A DNA stretch of 64,000 nt from Octopus sinensis (Eukaryota): the NCBI RefSeq assembly GCF_006345805.1, contig NC_043005.1:82956001-83020000 (forward strand), given 5' to 3'. The translations under genes were made by a program, and so were the position numbers. The notes below the pieces were generated by a model that was not told the DNA's origin, did not search any database, and was given only the letters and a program-made list of their open reading frames with translations. Numbering within the stretch: position 1 is the first letter of the stretch; each line of letters starts with the position of its first letter. Below are positions 41,047 to 54,265 of the stretch, one piece after another.

Positions 41047-42250
41047 GTTTAAGTTACTACTATATTTTTCATATTGAGGTATAATTGTTTAGTAGTTGTT
41101 TTGTTTTTTCTTGTTTTGGTTTGTTTGATTTTGTTTGTTTTAAATGATGCTTAGTTTACCTTAATTGGTAAAGTATGTTAATAAGATATTGTAATTATAT
41201 AGAATATATATTTGTGGCAGAAAATGTTCCTGGAAGACATCCACTAACCAACGGTAATGACATTATAGGTACCAACTATATTAAGTTTGATACAATAATT
41301 GCCAAGTCTTTACATGTCAACAAAGACATACAGACAGAAAGAGAGAGGGAGACAAAAGAGAGAGGCAGAGACTATCTGTGTGGGTTGAATAAGTGAGTGT
41401 AGGCGTGAATATGTGAATATGAGCATCTGTGCGTTTGTGAGGATATGAATGAGTAGGGTTTCAATCAGCAAGTCATTGTTACAGTCTAACAGGTACAAGT
41501 GTGTTCAAGTATGTATGCATGCAAATGTATTTATAAGTGTGTTTGTTTGTGTGTGTGTGCGTACGTACTTGTGTGCGTACGTACTTGTGTGCGCATGTGT
41601 GTATATGTGTAAAATTTATTCTCTTCGTGTGTGTTTGCTCGTTTGTGGAAGTGTGCGACGAAGAGTGTATCATAATAATAATACATGGCCGAAGCAAAAT
41701 AAGTATGTTTATAAATGTGTGTGTGTGTGCTTGTATGTGCGTGTGTGTGTGTGTGCGTGTGTGTGTGTGTGTTGTGTGTGTGTGTGTGTGTGCGTGTGTG
41801 TGTGTGTACGGCCAAGTGTGTTTGCGAATATATGTGTAGGACTTATTCTATGAGTATGCTTTGGTGGGGAGGGGTGCTCGCACGTAGAAGCGTGCATCGC
41901 AGAGAGTATCATTAATAATTATACGTGGCCGAAGCAAAATGAGAATTTGATAATTATATTAGATACATATAACAATCAATAGTGAATAGTAATTATTAGT
42001 AATATCTAAGAGCAGGCAGTAATTAGGAAGTGTAAACATATATATGTATGATTATGTGCGTGTATGAGTGTTTCTTGTGTGGGGGTGTGGATGTGGATGT
42101 GAGAATGCTCCCATACACGTACTGACATACATAAACACTCAAGCAAAGAAACAGACAAAGTGTATTCATATTATGGCCTACTTACATTTTATGCACTCAT
42201 TAAAAAATGCACACATATAGAGAAGATGATGCCTCTAGTACTTCTCTCCG

Positions 42251-42281
<31 letters not shown>

Positions 42282-43039
42282 CTCTCTCTCTCTCTTGCTC
42301 TCTCTCTCTCTCTTACTCTCTCTCTCCCTTGCCCTCCCTCTCTCTCCGTTGCTCTTGAGTTCTTGAGTTCTTACGCACATTAGTCCCACACATCGACAAA
42401 CAATCCTAAACGTCATCATACTCAGCACACACCTACTACATACACACATAATACACGCACTCATATATACTTCAATAGAAACACCCACAAACGTAAACAC
42501 AAACAATGAGACAAATACACACATCATCAAAATACGCGGCAAAATGTGCAATTAGATACAGATTGGAAACAGTCCAAGTAAAGTGAGTAATTTGATGACA
42601 AAATGAGAAAAATATCAATAAGAATAATTTCCAAAATTGGCGTATGGCCACAAACTTGTAGGGAAGGTGTCTACAGTTGATTCAAGTGAAGTTGATATAA
42701 TATCTACTAGTAAGGTAACTGGTACTTATTGTAACAGTATAAATTACACATATAGCCCTGTCAGCTTAGGTGGGGGTTTGAACTCAAATCACTTTAATGA
42801 TTATACTAATTATACAAATAAAGATTTCGTATATAGGTATAATGACAGCAGTTAGCCGGGAAAAGCAATGTCGACTGTATCAGCAAGGGTTTTGTTTCGT
42901 CGGTCCCGTTGAACATGATAAAGAGCAAAAGCAATAGCAGAAAGATATTTTCTCCGACGCCCTCGCTTTTGTATTCTTTTAATCGTAATAAGTATACAAG
43001 TTTCCTATTTGTTTACACATTTATTTGCATTTCTATCGA

Positions 43040-43290
43040 ACTCTGAAGGGATCTTTGAGCTACAGGGATTAGATAGTGGGAGACAGACAAGGCAGTGCAC
43101 CACAATGCAGTTTGCTTCTCTGCTTTCACAGGTGTTTCGGGCCGGTCTTATTGCCCCATCTGACCAAAGCAACTTTTGACCGTCTCGTCGTTTTCGTTCT
43201 TAGGCAGTTGAGTTCCTTTCATTGAATACATGGTGCTTCTGAGCCAGAATATTGGCCTTCAGTTGGGAGGAATCCTATATCGATTGGAGG
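43040..43290 (-). pseudogene. RTE-X-like LINE 3' coding relic
   Basis: Degraded frame *KELNCLRTKTTRRSKVALVRWG followed by a Cys/His stretch resembles the W..LNRLRTG..RSK..L.RWG motif. Confidence 0.5.
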
Positions 43291-43379
43291 TGTTGAAAGA
43301 TGTTCTAACAATTCTATCAGTCACTAAGAGTAATAATTGATTCTAATATAAATATAAGGTCACAAACAATGTGCTTGCA

Positions 43380-44370
43380 CTTTGCTTTATCGACCCCGTA
43401 AAGATAAAAGGTAGAGCATACTGAGCAGAATTTGAACTCATAACGTAAAGAGGTGTAATTAAATACATGAAGGCTTTTTATCAGAGGCACAAAAATTTTC
43501 TGATATTAGCAAAAAGCCTCAATAATTGACTTGTATTTCATTTCATTGCTAGCTTCAGCGGAATTTGAAATCAGAATGTAAGAAGCAAGAATGGATAACG
43601 CAAAGCATTAAGTGCTACGTTCAACCGTTTCTGCGAAACGACCACCAACATCTCCATATAATAAAGACCAATATAAATGTTGGTTGGTTTGTTGGTTGGC
43701 TGATTCATTCATTTCTTCAGTCACGCTTCCGTTGTATAGAGGGGGAGAGATAAGGTAAAAGACACATATAGAGTTGACATAAGAAATGCAGAACGAGTGC
43801 TCATACTTGGCTTGGTGGCAATAAGCAAAAGAACGTTAATACACGCGCGAGCACAACGCAAAGGAAAGTTTCATAAAGAGAGAAGAGGAAGAGGAATAAT
43901 ACTTTTAGCACAAGACTAGAGATTTTAGAGGGAGGGCTTCAGTTAATTATACTGTCCCCAGTATTCGAGTGATCCCGAAAGAGCGAAAGGCAAGGTTGAC
44001 ATTGGCGGGAGTTGCATTCAGAATGTAAAGACCCGAAAAGAAATAATGCAAAGTTTTTGAGTTCTAATAATTGTGCCAACTCACCAATCCCGAAGAAATG
44101 AAAGGCAAAGTTGACCTTGGCTGAATTTAAACTCTGCACGGATAGAACCGGAACAAATACTGCAAGGCATTTTAAACCGACGCTTAAATGATTCTGTCGA
44201 TCTATTGACGTAAATATAATATTGATTTCTAATCAGGACAGGAAGTCATAAATTTCAATGGAGGGGAGAAAATCGATAACAATCTTCCTGATCACTTTAC
44301 TCGAACATATTTTATCGATCTTGGTAGGATGAAAGGCAAATTTGACATCGAAGTAATTTGACCTCAGGAA
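43380..44370 (-). mobile_element. Cluster of about five partial SINE family A copies
   Basis: Recurrent ATGAAAGGCAAAGTTGAC and GGAATTTGAA(C/A)TCA cores near 43390, 43560, 43980, 44100, 44330. Confidence 0.7.
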
Positions 44371-44509
44371 GTGAAGGGAGGTAACTAAAAACAGTAAAGT
44401 AGCTGTAATGCAAACAATCACGTCATCATCACAATAATCATCATTCTCATCATTTGAATAAGTATTTGCGTCATTATCAGTGACGATTAGGAGGAAGTGA
44501 GGAAGGAAG

Positions 44510-44793
44510 TGAGTTGGATGATGGTAATGATAATAATCATGGTGATGAGGATGATAACGATGACGACGACGCCGATGACAATGAAGATGATTATAATGAT
44601 GGTGACGATGATGACGACGATGACAGCCACGTCGACGATGACGACGGCGGTGATAATAACGAGCGTGGTGACAACGATGATGATGATAGTGATGACGATG
44701 ACGACAACGACGACGACCATAATGGCGATGAAGATAATGATAATGATCACCGCCAAGTCGCGGACGACGGGGGCGACGAGGACTAAACGATGT

Positions 44794-44824
<31 letters not shown>

Positions 44825-45112
44825 GATGATGACGATGATGATGACGATGATGATGATGACGATGATGATGACGATGATGATGACGACGATGATGATGACG
44901 ATGATGATGACGATGATGATGATGATGATGATGATGATGTTGATGATGACGATGATGATGATGACGATGATGATGATGATGATGATGACGATGATGATGA
45001 TGACGATGATGATGATGATGATGATGATAATGATGTGGTGGTGGTTGTTGTGGTGGTTGGTATGGTAGTGGTGGTTGTGTTGTTGTTGTTGGTGGTGGTG
45101 GTGATGGTAATG
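44510..45112. repeat. Degenerate (GAT/GAC)n then (GGT/GTT)n trinucleotide array
   Basis: Direct reading. Confidence 0.93.
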
Positions 45113-46028
45113 CAGATGATATTAAGTATAATGTTACTTGTTCAGTGCCTAAACAAAGCAGAATTATATATTCAAGTGTCCCAGTGTTCACCGACAGTTT
45201 CCCCACAACACTACCTTCTAGGATACTATTGTCTACTGAATCCTTCATATTTTAAGAAGGTAGAGTCAAGAAATTTGGCCGTAATATTTATTTCAGAAGA
45301 TTAACTACCATCACGTAAAGGTGCCACTGAATTGGGAACAATTAGAGGAATTGGGTAAAGGTACACCATACAGCAAGAATGGAAGAAAAAATACCACGTA
45401 CTGGTACCATAAAAAAGGCACCATGTAGAGTCATTGCTGAAAATAATGATGACGTAACATCTGGAATAAAATGGCATTCTCTTTTCCTTGCGAAAAGAAC
45501 AATCCCGTCTCCTATCGATATCTTTCTCTGTGTTTCTGTCAGGTTTGCTGATACATGGAAGTAACACAATGGTTAGGTATTACTGTGAATGCAATAAATC
45601 AAATAAAGATAGAAAAATATCTATTTTACGCATCGGATTTATGTGTATTCGCTTCAGCTTCTTAAACAGTGAAAAGGAAATTGAAAAACAATTTCATTTT
45701 GTTTGAAAGAATCAAAACGTGAAGAGAATCAGACATTATTTGCATCTATTATGAGAAGAACAATAAATATAGAATGTAGTATGTAACAGAAATATCTTGG
45801 GATTTTCATATAAATATATATATATGTGTGTGCGCATGTGTGTGTGTGTGTGTGTCTGTGTACACATATCTATATATATGAATTATGTGTATATGTTTGC
45901 ATGATTACGTGTATATATAAATATGGAGAGAGTGAGAGAGAGTGAGTGACAAAAAGGGAGGAATTGAAAGAGAAAGAGAAGAGTAACAAATGTATTCAAA
46001 TATTTGTGCGTAGATCCGTGTGTGTGCG

Positions 46029-46083
<55 letters not shown>

Positions 46084-46221
46084 CGTCTGTTTGTGTGTGT
46101 GTGTGTGTGTGAACGCACGCACGTGTGTGTAGCTGTATATATGTATTTATACACTGATCAACTCATCAGCGGATTTTATCCGAGAAACTTTGAACAGTAC
46201 CAGAAAGTAATCCCAGTGCCT

Positions 46222-46222
46222 C

Positions 46223-46263
<41 letters not shown>

Positions 46264-46300
46264 AACACACACACACAAACACACACACACATACACACAC

Positions 46301-46394
<94 letters not shown>

Positions 46395-46407
46395 GTAGAT
46401 AGATAGA
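46222..46407. repeat. (CA)n plus (TAGA)n microsatellite
   Basis: Direct reading. Confidence 0.95.
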
Positions 46408-48667
46408 TACTCAGTATTTGTGTCACTAAATCAGCGGTCTGTGTAACAATCTCAGATAATGATTAAAGACTGTTAAATATTTTACAATCATGCTGTGCTG
46501 TCTTAACTTTCATTTAGGAAAGGCTGATAGCGTAGAGAACTCTGTAGGATTAGAAATGAGAAAATAATGTGCAGCCTCAATAAAATTTATATACGAATTC
46601 TCTTTGGCGTGAACCGTACTATTTTTTGTACCTGATTGAATACTAAAAATCTCCGCTGCAATTCCAATACATACATGATTGCACATATATATGTATGTGC
46701 GTGTATGTGGGGTGTTGTAGGCAAACGCACACATACACAAACACATATATATAGTTGCTGTTATTCATATTTTTATTTCCATGTTTTATTTACTACCGTG
46801 ATCTTGAAAACAGTTTTATTGAATCGTGTAAAATGTATAAAAGAGTTGAAAATAAACGTAATAAATATCACGCTGTTGAGTTGCTTAAAGAGAAGCGAAT
46901 GCTTGAATGTTTGAATTTTACGTTGGAAATGTCTTCAAATTTCAATATTTTGTCAACTTCTCGACTCACATCCGTAATTTGATCAGACAACTTGTAAAAT
47001 GACGTGGAGCCTACTGACATGCATTTGTCCTCTAAAAGTCTGATAGTTTTACTAAAAAATATGTCTGTCAAATTTGTTCTTGGTGGGTGTCATAGATTTT
47101 GACAAGGTGTTAACTGTGATATAGTTCAAATATAAGTGTCCCATCTTCCACCAAAATACACTTGTCACTTTGCTAATTCCTTTCAACTAAGACATCAATG
47201 CGTCTCTCCTCCTGTCTCTTTTTTTTTTGTTATTAGATTAATTTTATGTTTGTATAGATTAGGATTAGTTTCATTTTCTTTGCTTCTATATTATGGGAAA
47301 ATATATCGAGTGAGGATTTATTAACATTATAAACGAATAGATTTGAGGTTTGTATTCTTTAAGGTGGTATTCTAATTATAGTTGCTGTTGTTTCCCAGTT
47401 TCTTCAGATGACGATTATAGCCTCAATTCACCTCTTATTGAATCGACTTATGATAAAAACAAAACATACAGTGTCCACAAACTTTATAATTTATGTATAT
47501 ACTTTTACACGCATGTATATCTAATTACACTATCAATGAGTTTTTTTTTATTTTATTTTTGAAATTTTTGAAATGGCAGCGTGTACTTTGAGTTGATAAA
47601 TGGCTGTTATTCCTACGAGGTCAAACGGTCTCTTAGAAATTCTTTCGTTGGTTCCTAATCAATGTATCAATGTATGTTATCAAGGTTATAATTTGTATGC
47701 TCAACTTCTTGCTCTGGTTTATTTGTTTACGAGTCATCAGACATGTTCATTAAATTGATTAAGTTCGTTTTTTTTTTTAATGATTTTTAATGATATCGAC
47801 CTGAATTTAATAATTGATATCTTTAGACTAAATCAATGTACAGGAGGGGAAATGGCTAACCGAATCGATCCGACTCTATTAATGCTATTTACTTTATCGA
47901 CCTTATTTTAAGATGAATGGTAAATTTGATCCTTCTGTGATTTGAAGTTTACTAATGAATACAACTAAAAAATTTATAACTTATAATCCAATCAATCTTC
48001 CATCGTGTCTGTTGATTAAACACTTTAACATTTTATACTGCTGAATGTCAAAATCTTTGTTTTCTGAGTGTATGTGGGAACCATATCAATCTGCTCAATC
48101 TGCTAAAAATAACAGCTAAATCCCCCTTGGATCATACTGCAGATGTCTTTAAAACAACTTGCTCATAAAAAATTTAGGGCGGTCACAGTTGGAATATATT
48201 TGATCTTATAATTTATTTGCTCGATCACGGTTGATTTGGCACTAAAAGCAACAAGAACAACTACTAGAACACAATAATTCAAAATATTCAAATACCTCTA
48301 CTAGCGCAATTGTTAACGTGTCTCTGTGCACATGATCGACTAGATGAAAATAGCAGATAAATTCCCCTTAAAATCAAGCAGCACTAGACAAAAAAGTGAA
48401 GATCAAATATGATAGTCCTAAATACGCCCAAAAATTCGGGAGGATCACAGTCAGCATTGCTTTGAACCACATATCCAGTCAATGGCAGTCGACAACAACA
48501 TACATGCCACACTCACACACATACAGACATATATACATACATACATAAATTCTTAGTTTTCACTTGCAAAATAATAACCTTCCGTAAAATATTATTTTCT
48601 AGATACGTTAATTAGTTTTTTCGTGTTTCCGTGCCAAATACATGTTACAAATCAGCTCCTTGCATGT

Positions 48668-48880
48668 AAGGCGGCGAGCTGGCAGAAACGTTAGCACGCC
48701 GGCCGAAATGCTTAGCTGTATTTCGTCTGTCTTTATATTCTGAGTTCAAATACCGCCGTGGTCAACTTTGCCTTTCATCTTTTCTGGGAGATTTATTAAG
48801 TACCAGTTGTGTAATGGGTAGATCTAATTGACTAGCCCGCTTCCTTAAAATTTTGGGCATTGTGCCAAGTGTAGAAAAAA
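48668..48880 (+). mobile_element. SINE family A
   Basis: AAGGCGGCGAGCTGGCAGAAACGTTAGCACGCCGGCCGAAATGCTTAGC. Confidence 0.9.
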
Positions 48881-49094
48881 AAACTGCTTTCGTGTGCCTA
48901 CTTGCATATTTTGTTCTAACTGTCTATGGCGTTGTACGTAACAGCTCAAATTTCGGTGCTATTAAAATCAAGGCGGTGCCCCACCATGGCCACAGTCAGA
49001 TGACTGAAACTAGTAAATAAAAAGAAATAAGCTATTAATTACCGTTTTGTTTCGTGCAAATGTTCACTTATACACACACACACACAAGTATATA

Positions 49095-49395
49095 TGCCTT
49101 GTGAGTGGATTTGGTAGACGGAAACTGAAAGAAGCCGTCGTATATATGTATATATATATATGTATATGTGTATGTGTTTGTGTGACTGTGTTTGTCCCCC
49201 TAGCATTGCTTGACAACCGATGCTGGTGTGTTTACGTCCCCGTCACTTAGCGGTTCGGCAAAAAGAGACCGATAGAATAAGTACTGGGCTTACAAAGTAT
49301 AAGTCCCGGGGTCGATTTGCTCGACTAAAAGGCGGTGCTCCAGCATGGCCGCAGTCAAATGACTGAAACAAGTAAAAGAGTAAAAAGAGTAAGAG
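49095..49395 (+). mobile_element. SINE family B, head missing
   Basis: CCTTGTGAGTGGATTTGGTAGACGGAAACTG, internal TA/TG repeat, GGCGGTGCTCCAGCATGGCCGCAGTC, (AAAAGAGT)n tail. Confidence 0.88.
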
Positions 49396-49399
49396 TATT

Positions 49400-49431
<32 letters not shown>

Positions 49432-49616
49432 TGTGTTGTAGTTGAATTGTTGTTTTTGAATATATAAATTAGAGTATGTTAAATACCCAAAGGAAGAGAG
49501 AATTTAAAACATACAATGTAACTAGACACTTATGGCAGGCTGGAGATATTATATTAAGTGAGCGATCAAACAGTCATCAACAATTCCAATGTTGTAATTA
49601 ACTACTGTGCGATACA

Positions 49617-49812
49617 GGTTTCAAATTTTGACACAAGGCTAGCAACCTCGGGCGGGGGGATAAGTCGATTACATCAACCCAGTCAGTACTCAACTGGTAC
49701 TTGTTTTGTCGACCCCGAAACAATGAAAACCAAAGTCGTCCATTGCGAAATTTGAACTCAGGATGTAATTAGGGACGAAATGTCGCTGAGTATTTTTGCC
49801 TGCGTGCTAGCG
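49617..49812 (-). mobile_element. SINE family A
   Basis: GTCGATTACATCAAC...AATTTGAACTCAGGATG. Confidence 0.8.
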
Positions 49813-51044
49813 ACCAATAAAGCAGAAGCAGCAAAAAAATATGAGCTATACTTAGAAAAGGAGTAGTAAATTCGTTTATTCCCAAATTGGAATTTTCGGT
49901 TTATGAGCGATTAATGACCGTCAATAAAACAGAATTCTCTTCGAAGCAAGACAGCAGCTTATGGCATCAAAGTTTGGTGCCAGGAATAGGCAAAACGCAT
50001 CCAATCTTTAGGTACTACATATGAAATATGGTATGTGTCTCCAGACATATATATTAACACAATTGCATGTATGTTTAGATACAATACACACACACACACA
50101 TGCTAAGTAATATACTTACTAATGAATTAATAGTATTAAAAATTAAATTTCAATTAAAATAAATGAATAAGACTCAAAATATCAAAAATTATATCAATAG
50201 ATAACATAAATAATAATGAAGTACACGGGGTTTAATAAAACGGGTTGGGAGAAAATATATGGAATTCAAGTAACATAAAATAAATAAACGTAAAACGAAA
50301 AAGTATCAAATAGTAATGAGATATAAAGCTTATTCAAACAAAGTGCTCTTCAGCGCTTATTTTATCGTCGCTTTTTTACGGTTCGCTAAGTTACGAAGCC
50401 GTAAACAAATCAGCAGTAGTTGTCAAGCTGCGGGGGAGAGTATAAATGTAAAAATATAAGTACAAAGGCACACTTCAATCACACATATATACATATATAC
50501 GACGAGCTTCCTCACACCTTCCCTCAACAAATTCATTCACAAAGCATTGGTCGGCTCGGGGCTTGCTCAGTGCGCCACATAATGGAACTGACCTCGAAAA
50601 CACGTGGTTGTAAAGCGAGCTTTATAGCTACATAGCCTTACTTGAGCCTATATGAGCTAGAATTGAACAAATTGTGGCACAAAACGTGTATCTAAAAGCC
50701 ATCAACCCACGTGCTGCCGACCATAGATTTATATCAAGGGATCCTTCTTTGGATGATTAGATATGTGTTATACAGACGAAAGTGGTGAGCGGGTGTTATC
50801 ACATTTATAACTTAGCGATATAATAGTTATATGGATGATACCATAGTTGATGTTTTGGATGCTAAGATGCTCCAACATGAGTGAAAGTTGCAATGGGAGA
50901 AAAGAATCAACACACGATCCTTTGTTAATAGCCGTTGTGGGGTCGCTAATTGAAGTCTATGATTAAAGATGTTTCATGTATTTTTTTTACTCCAGTTATA
51001 GTGTATTTAAGACTATATTATACAGTACATCCTTCCTTTCTAAG

Positions 51045-51123
51045 GTAGCACAATCTGATTCTGAGACAGATTCTGTAGTTGATCTAGATACCAGGGGAAG
51101 TTTCCTTGTTCGCAAGACTATTC
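51045..51123 (+). CDS. Candidate internal exon of an unidentified gene (VAQSDSETDSVVDLDTRGSFLVRKTI)
   Basis: Acceptor CCTTCCTTTCTAAG, donor GTAAGT, only one open frame; no recognisable homology. Confidence 0.25.
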
Positions 51124-52554
51124 GTAAGTAATTTAACCAGTATCTCTGCTGTTCTAACGGCGTTTCAGCGTTCGAAAATAATTGTCATTTTATGTGTATC
51201 TTACAATACACATTTCGAAGCTTATAAAATAAAACAAATTTTAGTTTGGTTTATACTTATATTCGTAAGTAGTTTTCTTGACGTTGGGTACTTCTATCCG
51301 CTACTTCTTCTGTATATAACAATAGCAACATTGTAAAATTAACAAGTGTCTCGTTCAGTTCAGCAGTTTTCTAGTGGTCAACACCTTTATATGTATGTTC
51401 TTTTCACATGCATCTTGTAATGATACGAACTAGGAACATTATGGTAACCGCACGATGAAATTGCATTCGAGATGCACTCCATAGTACTACGGATCAGTAA
51501 TTTCCATTAAAACAAGTTACATAATACAAAATGTGAAATCTGATCAGATTTTGAAATGTAATTACTGATTTTTAGTAGCTTTTCACGAAAGGATAATTGT
51601 GTTTATTTTGCAGCTGACAGTGTTGTTAACAGCATGCTCAATTTAATACAGAAAATACGAGATTTGTATATCACAGCTTAATATTTCAGCAACCTAATTT
51701 CCGTTTTCATCAAAAGGGGATACAATCCGCTTCCGGTGAAGTCGTTGATATTAACAAACTAAGAAATCAATATCCGAAACGAATTGCTGTGCTTTTATAT
51801 GATAGCATAATGCATCGTATGTTCTCAGATGATTGGCATTAATTGGTGTTCCATTAAGTTTATAAAATGTATGAAACTTTTACCAAACATAAACACTTTT
51901 TTTGCGATATCCACTTACAAATTGATGTCTTAAATCAGTTAGCATCGCTTTTACAGTATACTTGTATAGCTAGCAATTTCTAGAATCGGAAGGATAAGCG
52001 TAAAAGATTTGTGTTAATCACTCATAAGGCCATAGCTGAGGTACAGGGTCAATCCTCAACTGATCCTTTTTATTTTACTTTCTCGCCATGACACCGTGTC
52101 GTTAATAACTAAAGAGAGAATAATGTGTTTTCCTGACTGAATTCGCGTTTTTCCTCAGAATCAGTAGCTAAATTCTTCCTCAAAACAAACGCCACAGTAT
52201 TTTTTTTTTAATTAAGAACACCTTAGATAATATAGTCCTAGATATATAAAACGAAGGGATGACCATGGACGGAACATATTCGATTGTAAGTTCACTCGAT
52301 CAGAAATGACCTGGGACGCAAGAACAACAATAGCCGATACGTTTGATAACTCGACTAAGACCGGTTTACTTTGTAAATGCCAAGTGTCAGTAAAGGCAGC
52401 AGCAAAGATATAAGGTTCTACACTGTGAGTTCAAATCTAAGCCAAGTTGACTTTAAGACCAATATAATAAATAATCGATTATACCAACGATTAGAAATAT
52501 TTGACGTTGTTCCAAATTAAAAATTAAAATTTCGAATTTTGGTTTAAAATAATG

Positions 52555-52682
52555 GCACAAAGCCATCAGTTTTTCAAAGAGAGGTCTAGTCGATACTCTT
52601 GTCTTTCATTGGTACTTGATTTCATCAACACAAAAAGGTTGAAAGCTGAAGTTGATCTTGAAAGAGTTTGAACTGCCTTATC

Positions 52683-52774
<92 letters not shown>

Positions 52775-52782
52775 TAATAAGA

Positions 52783-52818
<36 letters not shown>

Positions 52819-52880
52819 TTAATAATATTAATAATAATAATGATAATACTAATACTAATAATAATAATAATAATAATAAT

Positions 52881-52952
<72 letters not shown>

Positions 52953-53110
52953 CCTTCCTACTATATACACAAGGCCCGAAATTTTACGGAAGCTGGATTG
53001 TCCCCGGTGCTCAACTGGCACTATCTTTTAGAACATGAAAGGGTGAAGGGCAAAATTCACTTCTACGGCATTTGAACTCAGAATGTAAATTTAAAAGAAA
53101 TACCATTAAC
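52555..53110 (-). mobile_element. Two SINE family A copies separated by a long (AAT)n tract
   Basis: SINE cores at 52555-52680 and 52952-53110. Confidence 0.7.
52683..52952. repeat. (AAT)n microsatellite, ~270 bp
   Basis: Direct reading. Confidence 0.97.
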
Positions 53111-53114
53111 ATTT

Positions 53115-54265
53115 TGTACGCAATCATAATAATACCCTAATTAGATATGGAATTGTGGACTGGACCAAAAAATACATAAAGAAACTTGACAGGAAAACTA
53201 GAAAGCAGTTGACGTTTTATGGAGCTCACAATCCGAAAGCTGATAGCAACCAGCTGTACCTGAAGTGACGCCAGTGTGGAAGAGGCTTAATTGCCGTGGA
53301 AGAGGTTTTGTTTGTACAGATGGAAAGAAAAAGCTTACTAGAATATTTACAGAACAGCACCAAGAAACTTCTAAGAATGGTGAATAAGGAAAAGTTGATC
53401 AAGCGTGAAATAGACGAAAAGGACAAGAATGAAAGAGAGAGCACGCTAGACAGATTGAAGCTAAACCTCTGCACGGTCAGTTTTGGAGAGCCACTGAAGT
53501 AGTATGTGAAACAGAGTCCTAGGATTGGTTTAAAAAATAGGAGCAATTAAAAAAGAATCAGAGAGCCAAAGTGTAGCAGCCCAGGATCAAACGATAAAAA
53601 CAAACGACTTGAGGACAAATGTATATGGGAAGAATGTGTCAGAATCTGTGGAACTTGGAACGGGACAATGGCACAGAATACCTCAAGTTGGCACAGGAAG
53701 AATATAAGAAGTGGAGGCATGACAAAGGCCTAAAAGTTTTACACCTGTAGCTTTGCCAGAAATGGAGATTTTAAGCTAGAGATACATGGTATGAATATTA
53801 CTGAAGTCGAAGATTGCTGGAGTCGAAGATTACTTGAGTCGAAGATTACTGGAGTCGAAGACTGCTGGAGTCGAAGAATTGTAAGATTTTGTGGGACTTT
53901 CCTCGTCAAACAGACAAGAAACTAGAAAATATTAAGCCAGACATAACAATAATCATTTCTACTATCGGCACAGGGCCTGAGATTTTGAAGGAGGGAACTA
54001 GTCGATTACATCGACTCCAGTTTTTCACTAGTACTTAATTTATCGACTCCTAAAGGATGAAAGCCTAAGTCGACCTCGATGGAATTTGAATTCAGAATGT
54101 TGCGACAGGCGAAATCCCGCTAAGCATTTCGTCCAGCGCGCTTACGATTCTGCCAGCTCGCCGCCTTCTAGACATAACAATAATGAAAAAGCAAAGTTGC
54201 CTACTAATTGATCTATCATGTCCGTTTGATTCCAGGATCGAAAAGAACGAAGACGAATAACAAAA
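53115..54265 (+). pseudogene. R4/Dong-like RLE-type non-LTR retrotransposon relic (post-RT region, CCHC knuckle, restriction-like endonuclease)
   Basis: LDRKTRKQLTFYGAHNPKAD, GRGLIAVEE, AAQDQ, CRICG, KLAQEEYKKWRHD, KILWDF, KPDITI...LLIDLSCPFD; stops, frameshifts and a SINE insertion. Confidence 0.8.
53954..54169 (-). mobile_element. SINE family A with 15-bp TSD
   Basis: AGACATAACAATAAT at 53939-53953 and 54170-54184. Confidence 0.93.

Noticed and set aside
44487-45304. Long His-rich, Asp-rich and Met-rich ORFs
   Set aside because: All are frames of one (GAT/GAC)n array; no signal peptide, splice support or unique domain
45297-45574. Two phase-compatible exon-like segments (KINYHHVKVPLNWEQLEEL / GLLIHGSNTM)
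   Set aside because: No recognisable protein; splice signals are only moderate
52566-53075. Poly-Ile and poly-Asn ORFs
   Set aside because: Translation of (AAT)n
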